Counted from the first letter of the stretch, positions 19,691 to 28,876 are shown. The stretch: DNA of 64,000 nucleotides from Promethearchaeota archaeon (GCA_048939765.1 JBHLPF010000003.1:32001-96000); one strand, 5' to 3'. Program-made: numbers and translations. The notes: generated from the sequence alone by a model not told the origin.

Positions 19691-20815
19691 TCACTCCTCT
19701 ACAAGAGATGACTGTGCAAGATCCAAGATTAACTCGTCTAGCTGAATTACTTCCAAGTCTGTTTCACGTGCACAGTAGCTCAAGTTCTTATAACATGATA
19801 TGCATGTAGTAATCATTCCATCGACACCTAGCTCAACGGCTTCATTAACCCTTCTCTTCCCAACATCTTCAGACAATTGCGGGTCTAGGACCGTGAGGAA
19901 TCCGCCACAGCAATTTGCGTTCTCTTTATTATTAAGCAGCTCTACGAACTCTAGATTCGGAATTGCTCTGATGATCTCTCTTGGTTGCTCATATATGCCA
20001 AGTGCCCTTCCAAGATGACAGCTGTCATGAAATGTATAGCTTCCTTCTTTCCCCTTGAAAGTCAAGACACCATTTCGCACCATATTTGAAAGAACATCGA
20101 CAGTATGGTGTATCTGAACATCGAATTCCGGAATGACTTGCGCATAGTGTTCAGCTAGTGTTCCATAGCATCCTCCACAGCCTGTAACGATATGTTGGAT
20201 GCCTGCTTTCTTGAACATCTCATAGTTCTCGCGAGCTATTTTCTCAAAGCCAGCATCGTCACCAGCCCAGTATGACATGAGACCGCAGCAGACCTCACTG
20301 GGAACATACCCTGCGTCGACCTTCAGTTTCTGCAACATATCTACAACCATCTCAGGTTGATCTGGAAACCAGAAGCTACCCATACAACCACTGAAGATGG
20401 CTGTATTGGATTTCTCGGGCAATTCCAAGTCTTCAGCCCAGATGGTTCGGTCATCGGATTCGTATCCTATGAATGGCGTTCCTTCCTTGTCAAGCCAATC
20501 AATGACTTTCACGAGACTCTCTGACATTTCTCCTCCAGTCTTGAGGAGATTGGCCTTAGCTTCATGCCATATGTGAGTCACAGGCACTCCAGCTGGACAA
20601 ATAGCTTCGCACCTTCTGCAATCAGCGCAATATAGCCTCTGCAGCAATTCCTGAGGGGGATTTCTCATTTTTTCTCTATATGCCCTAAGTGCTCTGATCT
20701 TTCCTCCCGGACTGTCGAGTTCAGAGCCCAACTCAATATACATTGGGCATGTATCGCGACAATAGTTGCAGGACCCACAGTGGCGCATAGTTTCCTTGTC
20801 TATGTCAACTCTCAT
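19691..20815 (-). CDS. Fe-S oxidoreductase, 2x[4Fe-4S] plus CCG domains, module D
   Basis: CGSCNYCRDTCP, CADCRRCEAICP, CCG, CGGC, HDSCHLGR, CCGG, CISC. Confidence 0.9.
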   Translation of the reverse strand: MRVDIDKETMRHCGSCNYCRDTCPMYIELGSELDSPGGKIRALRAYREKMRNPPQELLQRLYCADCRRCEAICPAGVPVTHIWHEAKANLLKTGGEMSESLVKVIDWLDKEGTPFIGYESDDRTIWAEDLELPEKSNTAIFSGCMGSFWFPDQPEMVVDMLQKLKVDAGYVPSEVCCGLMSYWAGDDAGFEKIARENYEMFKKAGIQHIVTGCGGCYGTLAEHYAQVIPEFDVQIHHTVDVLSNMVRNGVLTFKGKEGSYTFHDSCHLGRALGIYEQPREIIRAIPNLEFVELLNNKENANCCGGFLTVLDPQLSEDVGKRRVNEAVELGVDGMITTCISCYKNLSYCARETDLEVIQLDELILDLAQSSLVEE

Positions 20816-20827
20816 TGTCTTCTCACC

Positions 20828-22282
20828 TCATCTCCCCACATATCTTGATAGGCGCCTTATTCCAGCGGCCATTAGGAACAACACATTCATCCTGAAGTAT
20901 GACGTCATGCATGAGGTCACACGGTCTGGATTCATTATATTGCTCCGATCCCACTTTTCTTTTGCTGCCTTCATTAATTCTAATCTCTCTGGATATGCAC
21001 GCTTCATATAGATTGAATTCTGAAGGCCAATCGTGTAAGGCCCACCGCCAAGCGAAATAGCCTTCTTCACCATTTTATGCAATATGCCTTTGCTGCTTAT
21101 GAACTTGAGATACTGGTCGGGATTCAGCATTGCCATCAATTCAGCTCTAACCTTTCCTTGACTTCCGAGCATTGCGAACCAGATTGCAGGCACCTTGTGT
21201 GATTTCTTGTAGGACTCATACCTGTTGAGTAGGTCATAGAGCTTGTCTACCTCAAGTGAAACCTCCTGAAACATCAAGGTGTCACAGTGCTCCTTGGGGT
21301 TGAACTCGCTGTCATAACGTAGACTCCAATCATGAGCTGCATATTCAACACCAAGTTCCATTCCTCCATTGTCTGCAATTGTCCTCTTGAGTTCATCTAT
21401 TGGGACACTTTCCGGCTGATTGGGATAGACCGCTGTCAGGACATAATTGCCCTTCTCTAGTGGATTGCTGTAGCTCTGGAAGTCCTTGTCTGCAATCTTG
21501 AGATGGATCGGTTTCTGATCAATAGCAGCAATTTGCCGCATTGCATTGCACACATGCTCCAGGTGGTCAAATCCGTAGCTGAACGGAATGAAATCATCGG
21601 GCTTATCATGGATTCTCATTTTCACCTCTGTGATGACTCCAAGTATGCCATAAGACCCAAAGAATAGTCCTATCTCATCGCCACTGATTGTGACCAATTC
21701 GCCATCAGCATTCACGACCGTCAATTCAAGGATATTCTCGATCAGAGCTCCGTAGTAGGGAGTGCCAATGCCTGCTGTACCCCCGCATCCGATCCATCCA
21801 GCGATTACAGCTGATTTAGCGCTAGTTGGATAAATGCCAATGGTCTTCCCTTGTTTTGCGAGCTCAACATCGAGTCTGTCGAAGGGAACCCCTGGTTCAA
21901 GTCTGACATAGCCTTCATCTGTATTGATTTCAAGGATGGCATCCATCCGCTTGATGTCAAGAGATATCCCGCCGCGTGTTGGGCTCGATGACCCCAGGCA
22001 ACTTGATGCACCGCCTCTTGGGATGACGGGAATACCGTGAGCAGCCGCAGTTGTAACAACTTCCCTCACCTCATCCACATTCTCGACTCGTACAACATAG
22101 TCGACCAGATACTTCCCTTTCCAGCGGTAGTGGAATTGTGGGAGGGCTGCAGGATCGCCGCTATACACTATCCTCTCCAACAGCATGTTCGAAACTCGAT
22201 CCGGACTTACGGCTGCTGCAAGGTCTCGCATGACTTGGTCATCATATTTTGGAGTCTGGGTTTCCACTTGTTCTTCAGTCAT
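20828..22282 (-). CDS. FAD-binding oxidoreductase, GlcD/VAO family, module D (close paralog of module A)
   Basis: FHYRWKGKYLVDY, PRGGASS, IAGWIGCGG, GSYGILGVI, IMNPDR; start ATG 22282 or 22288. Confidence 0.88.
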   Translation of the reverse strand: MTEEQVETQTPKYDDQVMRDLAAAVSPDRVSNMLLERIVYSGDPAALPQFHYRWKGKYLVDYVVRVENVDEVREVVTTAAAHGIPVIPRGGASSCLGSSSPTRGGISLDIKRMDAILEINTDEGYVRLEPGVPFDRLDVELAKQGKTIGIYPTSAKSAVIAGWIGCGGTAGIGTPYYGALIENILELTVVNADGELVTISGDEIGLFFGSYGILGVITEVKMRIHDKPDDFIPFSYGFDHLEHVCNAMRQIAAIDQKPIHLKIADKDFQSYSNPLEKGNYVLTAVYPNQPESVPIDELKRTIADNGGMELGVEYAAHDWSLRYDSEFNPKEHCDTLMFQEVSLEVDKLYDLLNRYESYKKSHKVPAIWFAMLGSQGKVRAELMAMLNPDQYLKFISSKGILHKMVKKAISLGGGPYTIGLQNSIYMKRAYPERLELMKAAKEKWDRSNIMNPDRVTSCMTSYFRMNVLFLMAAGIRRLSRYVGR

Positions 22283-22287
22283 AATCA

Positions 22288-23484
22288 TCACATCAAGAAT
22301 CCAACCGCATTGAGATAGAATCCTGTCAGCCCGAGTACTGTCCACATCAATACTGTAGGTAGGCCGAGATTGCATGTTTTCCACCCAGCGATATGGGTGA
22401 TGAGCGCTAGTGTTCCGAGTATCATGCTTAGTATTCCAACCCAGATATGCCAAGAGTGAATGAATAGCATCAGCTCAGCTGGGTTGATAAGATAGGATGG
22501 GTTCAAAGCAGTCCAAGCTCCAGGGTCTTCCTGAAATAGCCAAAGCACGTTGATTAATGTGAGGAAGTAGGCTATTGTTAGCATATACCCGTGAAATCTG
22601 GTGAATCTCTCTTCATCATAGTATTCGAGTGCTGTGCCAAGATACGCTAGTATCAATGCTGGAGCACCCAAATAGAACCCATAGTGCAACTTCGGTAGCG
22701 GAATGGCCTGCACTGTGTATTGTAAGGGCGGATCAGTGAATACTTCTATTCCACCTACATCCCTCGCGACTATCCGAAACTCTACTGTAGTGCCAGCCGG
22801 ATATCTTGGAATAGTTGCCTGATAGTATCCACCAACTTGTGTCATTGTAATGTTGGTCCACTCAGTAGTTGTGTTTGCCCTATGTTGTAGCACTGCTGAA
22901 ACAATACCTGCTTCCGAGCTTACATTCGCCGACACAAGTACACTCTCATTATCGAACGGAGACGTTGGCTCAATAGTGAAGTCTGCTATCGATGGTCCTT
23001 CTCCCACATGAATCACATTCACAATGATTGTAGTTCCTACCGCATAGCCACCGTTACCTGCAGCCCATATCTCAAGGGTATATGAGCCCGCTATCGCAGG
23101 CGCAGTCAATGTATAGTTGACTTCCATCTCCAGAGGGTCTGAATCAAGGTCACCTGCTAAGTTATCACGAACCAATCCATCACTGGGAATATTGAAGAGG
23201 GCATTGCTCTCCAAATTCAAGGGGAACTTGATGACTAGCGTAGTTGGCCCTGATGTTGCTGAAGCAGTGACAATAAACGAGAATTCCGCTCCTTCTTCAA
23301 CATCTACCGAAGTGTCCGTGCTTACTGTCATTCCAGTCGCAGTAGTATGACATCCCGTATTATCGCAGGCTCCCTGTTGAGTCACATAGGCAACAGTAGC
23401 TTGAGACGCTATGACGAGGGCTATGGCAGCAGCTAACACAACAATAATGGCATATCTTGATTTCCGCTTCACATCTGTCACCAT
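22288..23484 (-). CDS. Exported CX4CH domain, two Ig-like domains and a 4-TM His-containing membrane domain (putative cytochrome c/b fusion)
   Basis: Signal peptide, CDNTGCH, RFHG and IHSWH in TM region. Confidence 0.6.
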   Translation of the reverse strand: MVTDVKRKSRYAIIVVLAAAIALVIASQATVAYVTQQGACDNTGCHTTATGMTVSTDTSVDVEEGAEFSFIVTASATSGPTTLVIKFPLNLESNALFNIPSDGLVRDNLAGDLDSDPLEMEVNYTLTAPAIAGSYTLEIWAAGNGGYAVGTTIIVNVIHVGEGPSIADFTIEPTSPFDNESVLVSANVSSEAGIVSAVLQHRANTTTEWTNITMTQVGGYYQATIPRYPAGTTVEFRIVARDVGGIEVFTDPPLQYTVQAIPLPKLHYGFYLGAPALILAYLGTALEYYDEERFTRFHGYMLTIAYFLTLINVLWLFQEDPGAWTALNPSYLINPAELMLFIHSWHIWVGILSMILGTLALITHIAGWKTCNLGLPTVLMWTVLGLTGFYLNAVGFLM

Positions 23485-23628
23485 AGGTTGTGCACTGATG
23501 CACAGCGGCAAGCTACCCAGTAAAAAACCTTACCGGATGTTATGTATCATCAGATTTGAGTTTCATGTTCGTTTTCGAAAGTTTTGCTGTGGAATCACTT
23601 TGAGTTACCATCTGCAACCGAAATCTAC

Positions 23629-24117
23629 TCAATAATCGTGGTTCTTCCATCTGTAGAAGTCTGTACCTCTCCAATAGGACAATATCCTTGGAGTAATCCG
23701 AATTGCAATTCTGTTTCCCAAGGGATATCCGGCGCCGAGGAAATCTAGATACTTGGAGAGGAAGTTGATCGTAATCTCTTCATCAACAAGCTCCATCTCC
23801 ACCATCATGGCGCGACCCTTAATCATGACTCCGCGATTGGCTGCAGGTAGTACTGCGTTTCGCTCATCCACGGTTACACACACTTTTGTGTTCTTTCTGA
23901 TGTTTGCAATCTTGTGGCTACCTCTTGTGGTAATCATATAGATCTGCTTTGTAGGATCATGCCAGATATAGAACATCGCAGTTAGGTGCGGCAAGCATCC
24001 TGCTTCTGATGTTCCAAGGTATGAGAAAAAGCCTGACTTGAGGATACGCAAAGCTTCCTCTGGAATCTCCTTCGCGATTCTTATTGGAGCACCATGTGTC
24101 TTGGCTAGGAACATCAT
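23629..24117 (-). CDS. Pyridoxamine 5'-phosphate oxidase-like split-barrel flavin/F420/heme-binding protein
   Basis: PHLTAMFY, SHKIANIRKNTKVCVTVD, GVMIKGRA. Confidence 0.8.
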   Translation of the reverse strand: MMFLAKTHGAPIRIAKEIPEEALRILKSGFFSYLGTSEAGCLPHLTAMFYIWHDPTKQIYMITTRGSHKIANIRKNTKVCVTVDERNAVLPAANRGVMIKGRAMMVEMELVDEEITINFLSKYLDFLGAGYPLGNRIAIRITPRILSYWRGTDFYRWKNHDY

Positions 24118-25371
24118 TCACACCCTCAGTATCTGCGGCTTAGCCTCTCTCCAGTATGTTATCTTCTCAGGCTCGACCCTCACCATGACTCTGGATACGA
24201 ATGGTTTGTTTTGCCATGCAAGGGGGAGGTCCTTTTCTTGTGTGTCATAGTACTTCATGTATCGTGGATATTTCCTACCAAAGAGAGACCGTACTCTGAG
24301 CATCCATAGTCCATAAAGATACAGTCTGAATAGTCCTAGTGGAGTTACCTCCCCAAGAATCATCGCCTTTCCGCGAAGCATAACAGCTCGATTTTTCATT
24401 ACATTCTTACTGTCTCTCAGATCTACAAGGATAGCGATGTTGGGGTTCTTCTTGATCTTCCGATATTTCGCAGAGGCGAGCGATATTCCGAAATACAAGT
24501 ACTTTCCATCATAGACAAAGATCACTGGAGTCACATGACTCTGGTTCTTTTCACAAAGAGCAACATATGCAAATCGTTCATTGTAGAGGATGCTCTCCAC
24601 ATCGGGCGGGAACCATGGAACTCGTTCCATAGCCAACAGACTTGCTCCCGATAGTGACAGGACAGCGGCGAAGAAGGCACCCAGTCCATACAGCAGCATT
24701 GGTTCAATGCTTGCCAGAGGCAGCAACAGGACGGCTGATGCAGCCCAATACAGATTGACTGAGTCCAAATACTTTAGGGTCCGAACTTCCGAATATGCAG
24801 TGTATTCAAGTCCCCTTCTCCGTCTTGCGGCGCGGCTGAGTGATATAGACCTCCTAGCCGCAAAGAGTGTGGTAATCAACGATAATCCAATTCGATAGGA
24901 AACGTCCCAAATAAGAACTGCAACTAGTGCCATTAGTATTGGGTTGCCAAATCCTGTTCCTAGGTTCTCAGCAAGAAGTGTCGGATTCAGGAGGATGAAT
25001 CCCCAAACACCAGCGAAAAGCGTGATTCCCATTGCAAGCTCGTACCGCCTATCCAGAAGAAGTCGGTTTTTGTATGACTCAAGAACTCTTCTTTCCTCAT
25101 CGTTAGTTGGATTTCTTAAGCGTCTCAGCCACGGGATGACATAAAGACATCCAGCGGACCATACAACAGTATATAGAATTGCCAATGTACCGTAGATGGC
25201 TGAGGTCAAAGGCATTTCGAAATACAGGAATCCAGCAATCCCTATCGCTTCGACCAATAGCAATTGGGCCAAAACGTCGTAAACTGGCGGGAGCCAGCTA
25301 AATGGAGGAACTCTGTCAACTATCTCCTCATAAATCCATTTTCTCTCGGCATGCTGGCTCGTCCCTTGCAT
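24118..25371 (-). CDS. Multi-TM membrane domain fused to a PNPOx-like split-barrel domain
   Basis: About 6 TM N-terminal region; C-terminal HVTPV..SAKYRKIKKNPNIAILVD..AVMLRGKA. Confidence 0.75.
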   Translation of the reverse strand: MQGTSQHAERKWIYEEIVDRVPPFSWLPPVYDVLAQLLLVEAIGIAGFLYFEMPLTSAIYGTLAILYTVVWSAGCLYVIPWLRRLRNPTNDEERRVLESYKNRLLLDRRYELAMGITLFAGVWGFILLNPTLLAENLGTGFGNPILMALVAVLIWDVSYRIGLSLITTLFAARRSISLSRAARRRRGLEYTAYSEVRTLKYLDSVNLYWAASAVLLLPLASIEPMLLYGLGAFFAAVLSLSGASLLAMERVPWFPPDVESILYNERFAYVALCEKNQSHVTPVIFVYDGKYLYFGISLASAKYRKIKKNPNIAILVDLRDSKNVMKNRAVMLRGKAMILGEVTPLGLFRLYLYGLWMLRVRSLFGRKYPRYMKYYDTQEKDLPLAWQNKPFVSRVMVRVEPEKITYWREAKPQILRV

Positions 25372-25474
25372 TCATAGACAGGCTTCACACCAACTTATTT
25401 GCGTATCGAAACCACCGATTGGCTAGGGCTTTGATATTGTATCTTTAAGGGGGCACATCAGAATGGAATTCAGC

Positions 25475-26716
25475 CTACTCATAGATCTCCTCTAACCCAT
25501 CCCACTCCAAGCCTAATGCCTCAGCCATTAGAACTGCAAGGTCCTTAACTACCTTACTCGATCCTGCTTGAGGCAGTTGATCATGCATGAAGTCAACACA
25601 TGAAGGGCAAGATGCAGCAACTACTGAAGCACTTGTCTGTTCAATATCGTCCACTTTCAACTTGCTGATCCGGTTGGCAAACTCGGCGTCAATAGCTCGT
25701 AGCACACCGCCCGACCCGCAGCAGAAACAGTTGCTCTTGTTATGCGGCAGCTCCTCGAAAGTCACCCCAGGCAGGTACTCCAAGACCTTTCTAGGCTGTT
25801 CATAGAAACCTGAGTTCCTTCCCGCGTCGCAGCCGTCATGAAATGTCACAGTAATGTCTAGAGGATTGGTGAATTCCAACTTGTTGGCATCAATAAGCTC
25901 CTCAAAATACTCCGGTCCGTAGATGATTTCGAATGGCGGGTCAATGCCAAGGAACTCGTGATATTCATGGGCCCACATCTTATAGCAGCCCGGGCAATTT
26001 GTCATAACTCGTTCCACCCCGAGTTCCTTGTATTTCTCAATATTATGCTCAGCAAATTGACGAGCGGTCTCGAAGTCGCCTGTCATGATCATAGGCGCTC
26101 CACAACAGACTTCATCTTCACCAAGAAATGTGTACGACTCGCCAGCTTTGTCCATGATCAGAGTGGTGGCAATTGTTGCCTGAATGGAGACTCCACGGAA
26201 TGAGGAGGCACACCCGAAGAAGAATGCAGTCTTTGCCTCTTGGCCCATTGTATCTAAAAGGGCGTCTTCATCTGGATGCCAATACGACCATCCCTCGACT
26301 CTATCCATCTGTGACTGTCCCTGAATGTTCTGGCTGTCAAGTAGGGTCTTCTTTGCCATCTCAAGTTGCTCAGGCCAGAGACCCATCTTCTGGAAGTCTG
26401 ACCTCATCAGTTGGTAAATCTGAACAAAAGGAATGTCCACCTGGCAAATCTCTTCGCATCCTCCACAGAGAGTACATCCGAAAACCGCGTCGCGAAGACC
26501 CTCTAGACCTTCCGACGCCTTCAGGCTTCCCTGGGCCAATGAACGGGCAATGATCATCTTCCCTTTTCCTGAGTAGCTATCTCGGCGCTTCACCTTGTAG
26601 GTCGGACAGGCGCCATGGCCAACTTGGCAGAAGCTACATTGCGCACAAGTATATGGCATATCTTGAAGGTTATGCTTCTTCAGTGATGGGAATTCCATGA
26701 TGTCATTCACAACCAT
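25475..26716 (-). CDS. Fe-S oxidoreductase, 2x[4Fe-4S] plus CCG domains, module E (divergent from the FAD-NuoB fusion)
   Basis: CAQCSFCQVGHGACP, CTLCGGCEEIC, CCG, CPGC, HDGC, CCGSGG, CPSC. Confidence 0.9.
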   Translation of the reverse strand: MVVNDIMEFPSLKKHNLQDMPYTCAQCSFCQVGHGACPTYKVKRRDSYSGKGKMIIARSLAQGSLKASEGLEGLRDAVFGCTLCGGCEEICQVDIPFVQIYQLMRSDFQKMGLWPEQLEMAKKTLLDSQNIQGQSQMDRVEGWSYWHPDEDALLDTMGQEAKTAFFFGCASSFRGVSIQATIATTLIMDKAGESYTFLGEDEVCCGAPMIMTGDFETARQFAEHNIEKYKELGVERVMTNCPGCYKMWAHEYHEFLGIDPPFEIIYGPEYFEELIDANKLEFTNPLDITVTFHDGCDAGRNSGFYEQPRKVLEYLPGVTFEELPHNKSNCFCCGSGGVLRAIDAEFANRISKLKVDDIEQTSASVVAASCPSCVDFMHDQLPQAGSSKVVKDLAVLMAEALGLEWDGLEEIYE

Positions 26717-26935
26717 CGGGACACGTGGCTCGACATGTTTTGCCGAACGAGTTATGCCCTGCAACAGCCCTTAATATCTGTGCTCGTTGCACAATGGCAT
26801 AGCTTTCGTCACACTTTAAAACTTGTTAGGTAAGTTGTGTCAAACGCCATTCCCTCCCTCTCTCGCTAGGTTTTTATGGAGCATGATTCCACGACCGTGA
26901 CCTGAGAGCAGCTTCATCTCTTGGAGAGAGTCCAC

Positions 26936-28876
26936 ATGACACTGAAGCCAAAGCTAGTGACGGAACTCGCTGAGGTCTATGAAGACCGAGTGATCACAGA
27001 GAAGCATGAGCTCGTCATCCATGGCATGGATGTTGGTTCTTTGCCCAAACAAGTGGGCTGGTTAATGAACGTCAAGCCTGATGCGATTGTGCAGCCTCAA
27101 ACCCCTGAAGAGATCAGGTTCCTGTACGAGTTTGCAAACAAGTACAAGGTTCCTCTAATACCAAGGGGGGCAGGCACTTCGGGCTATGGTGGTGCAATTC
27201 CTCGAAAGGGAGGCATCATTGTTGACATGCGTGTTATGGACAAGATCGTTGACATCGATGAAGAGAATCTGACTGTCACTGTTGAGCCCGGACTCTCATG
27301 GGCGAATCTGCAATTTGAGCTGAACCGAAAGAACCTAGACCTCCGTTGTTATCCCTCTTCTGGACTCTCTGCAACAATCGGGGGCTGGGTGGCCCAGGGC
27401 GGCGATGGAATTGGGTCTCTCAAGTATGGGAACATCAACAAGAACGTGGTTGCTTTCGAGGTGGTCTTGCCAACTGGAAAGATGATCAAGAGCAAGGACT
27501 GTGACCTGTTCTGTGACACAGAGGGCATTCTTGGAATCATCACTAAGGTGACTCTGAAGATAAAGCCCTTCACTCCTATCAAGGTCATTGTTTCGAGCTT
27601 CCCTGAGAATTATCTGATGGTTCATGCTATAGAGAAGATACTCGAAGATGGTCCTCTTCCATTCACGATAAAGTTCGAAGAAGCAAAGTACACAGACCTG
27701 AAGAAGAAGATCTGGGACAGTGAGGAGAAGTTCCCATTCCCGGTTCATCACTGCACGATTATGGTTGCATATGACGGAGATGAGGAGGAGATTGCAGAGG
27801 GCTTCAGAGTTGTAGAAGAAGTCACAAAGATGTACAAGGGAACTGTTTATGATGAGCATGTGTCTACCCACGAATGGAGTGACCGCTTCTACCCAATGAG
27901 AGTCAAGAAAGCTGGTCCTACCCTCGTTGTTGGCCAAGCATTTGCACCGCTTGAGAACCTAACCGCAATACTTGATGACTGGCAATTTGAACAGGGATCC
28001 GCTAAAGCTGGTATTGATGGCTACGTAAACTCTTTGAATGCTGTCACCATGATGGGCTATTTCCTCGAAGATGAACGGCGCAGATTCTTCATGTTATCCT
28101 GGGCTCAGAGCTTTGTTGTGTTCAAGATTGCACAGCGGCATGGCGGTCATGCTCACTCGACAGGAATCTGGTTCGCCAACCTGGCCGGTCAATACTTTGG
28201 TGCACAGCGACTGGCAAAGATACGTGCAGCCAAGCTTAAGTACGACAAGAAGGAGATATCAAATCCTGGGAAGGTGTTCGCCTATTGGCTACCACTTATT
28301 CTCAAGTTTGGTAAGTATTTCCTCTGGATATTCTATGACCTATTCAGGAATGGGTTTGGCAGGATTGCTCCAATACTTCTGAAGTGGCTCCAGAACCTGC
28401 CGCCACTCAAGTGGGTGCTGCGATGGGGCCGAGCACATAGTCCATGGCCAGTGCAATACGGATTAGGATGTTGCATGGTCGATGGTGCCGCTGGAATCGC
28501 GTCGAGGTGGGACTTTGAACGATTCGGGATGCTCCCCCTCTTTGGCCCGCGGCAGTGTGATGTGCTATGGATATCTGGGTCTCTTACCAAGAAGATGGCT
28601 CCGCGACTGCGAAGAGTCTACGAGATGATGCCAGATCCCAAGTTCGTTATCGCCTTCGGACAGTGCGCGGCCAGTGGCGGCGTCTTTTGGGACGGATACT
28701 CGCTACAGGTTCCGCCTGAGTCTGTAGTACCTGTCGACGTCTATTTGCCCGGGTGTCCTCCGAAGCCTTCAGACTTCGTCAGGGCTCATCTGATACTCCA
28801 GAACAAGATTCGTGCAGGCACGACACACTGGCAAATGAAGTATGAAAACCAGGACGCAATGGGGATGATCCAATGA
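26936..28876 (+). CDS. nuoB: Fusion of a GlcD/VAO-family FAD oxidoreductase and complex I subunit NuoB
   Basis: N-terminal PRGAGTSGYGG, YPSS..ATIGGW, NPGK; C-terminal WP..GLGCC, ERFG, PRQCD..SG, LRRVYEMMPDPK.VIAFGQCAASGG, PVDVYLPGCPP. Confidence 0.93.
   Translation: MTLKPKLVTELAEVYEDRVITEKHELVIHGMDVGSLPKQVGWLMNVKPDAIVQPQTPEEIRFLYEFANKYKVPLIPRGAGTSGYGGAIPRKGGIIVDMRVMDKIVDIDEENLTVTVEPGLSWANLQFELNRKNLDLRCYPSSGLSATIGGWVAQGGDGIGSLKYGNINKNVVAFEVVLPTGKMIKSKDCDLFCDTEGILGIITKVTLKIKPFTPIKVIVSSFPENYLMVHAIEKILEDGPLPFTIKFEEAKYTDLKKKIWDSEEKFPFPVHHCTIMVAYDGDEEEIAEGFRVVEEVTKMYKGTVYDEHVSTHEWSDRFYPMRVKKAGPTLVVGQAFAPLENLTAILDDWQFEQGSAKAGIDGYVNSLNAVTMMGYFLEDERRRFFMLSWAQSFVVFKIAQRHGGHAHSTGIWFANLAGQYFGAQRLAKIRAAKLKYDKKEISNPGKVFAYWLPLILKFGKYFLWIFYDLFRNGFGRIAPILLKWLQNLPPLKWVLRWGRAHSPWPVQYGLGCCMVDGAAGIASRWDFERFGMLPLFGPRQCDVLWISGSLTKKMAPRLRRVYEMMPDPKFVIAFGQCAASGGVFWDGYSLQVPPESVVPVDVYLPGCPPKPSDFVRAHLILQNKIRAGTTHWQMKYENQDAMGMIQ

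Noticed and set aside
9095-28300. Naming the modules D-lactate dehydrogenase, glcDF or hdrD
   Set aside because: Catalytic His/Glu motifs are absent and no HdrE or methanogenesis context is visible; family-level call only
7877-28876. Selenocysteine recoding in the Fe-S/CCG proteins or NuoB
   Set aside because: All Cys motifs are complete inside open frames; no in-frame TGA needed
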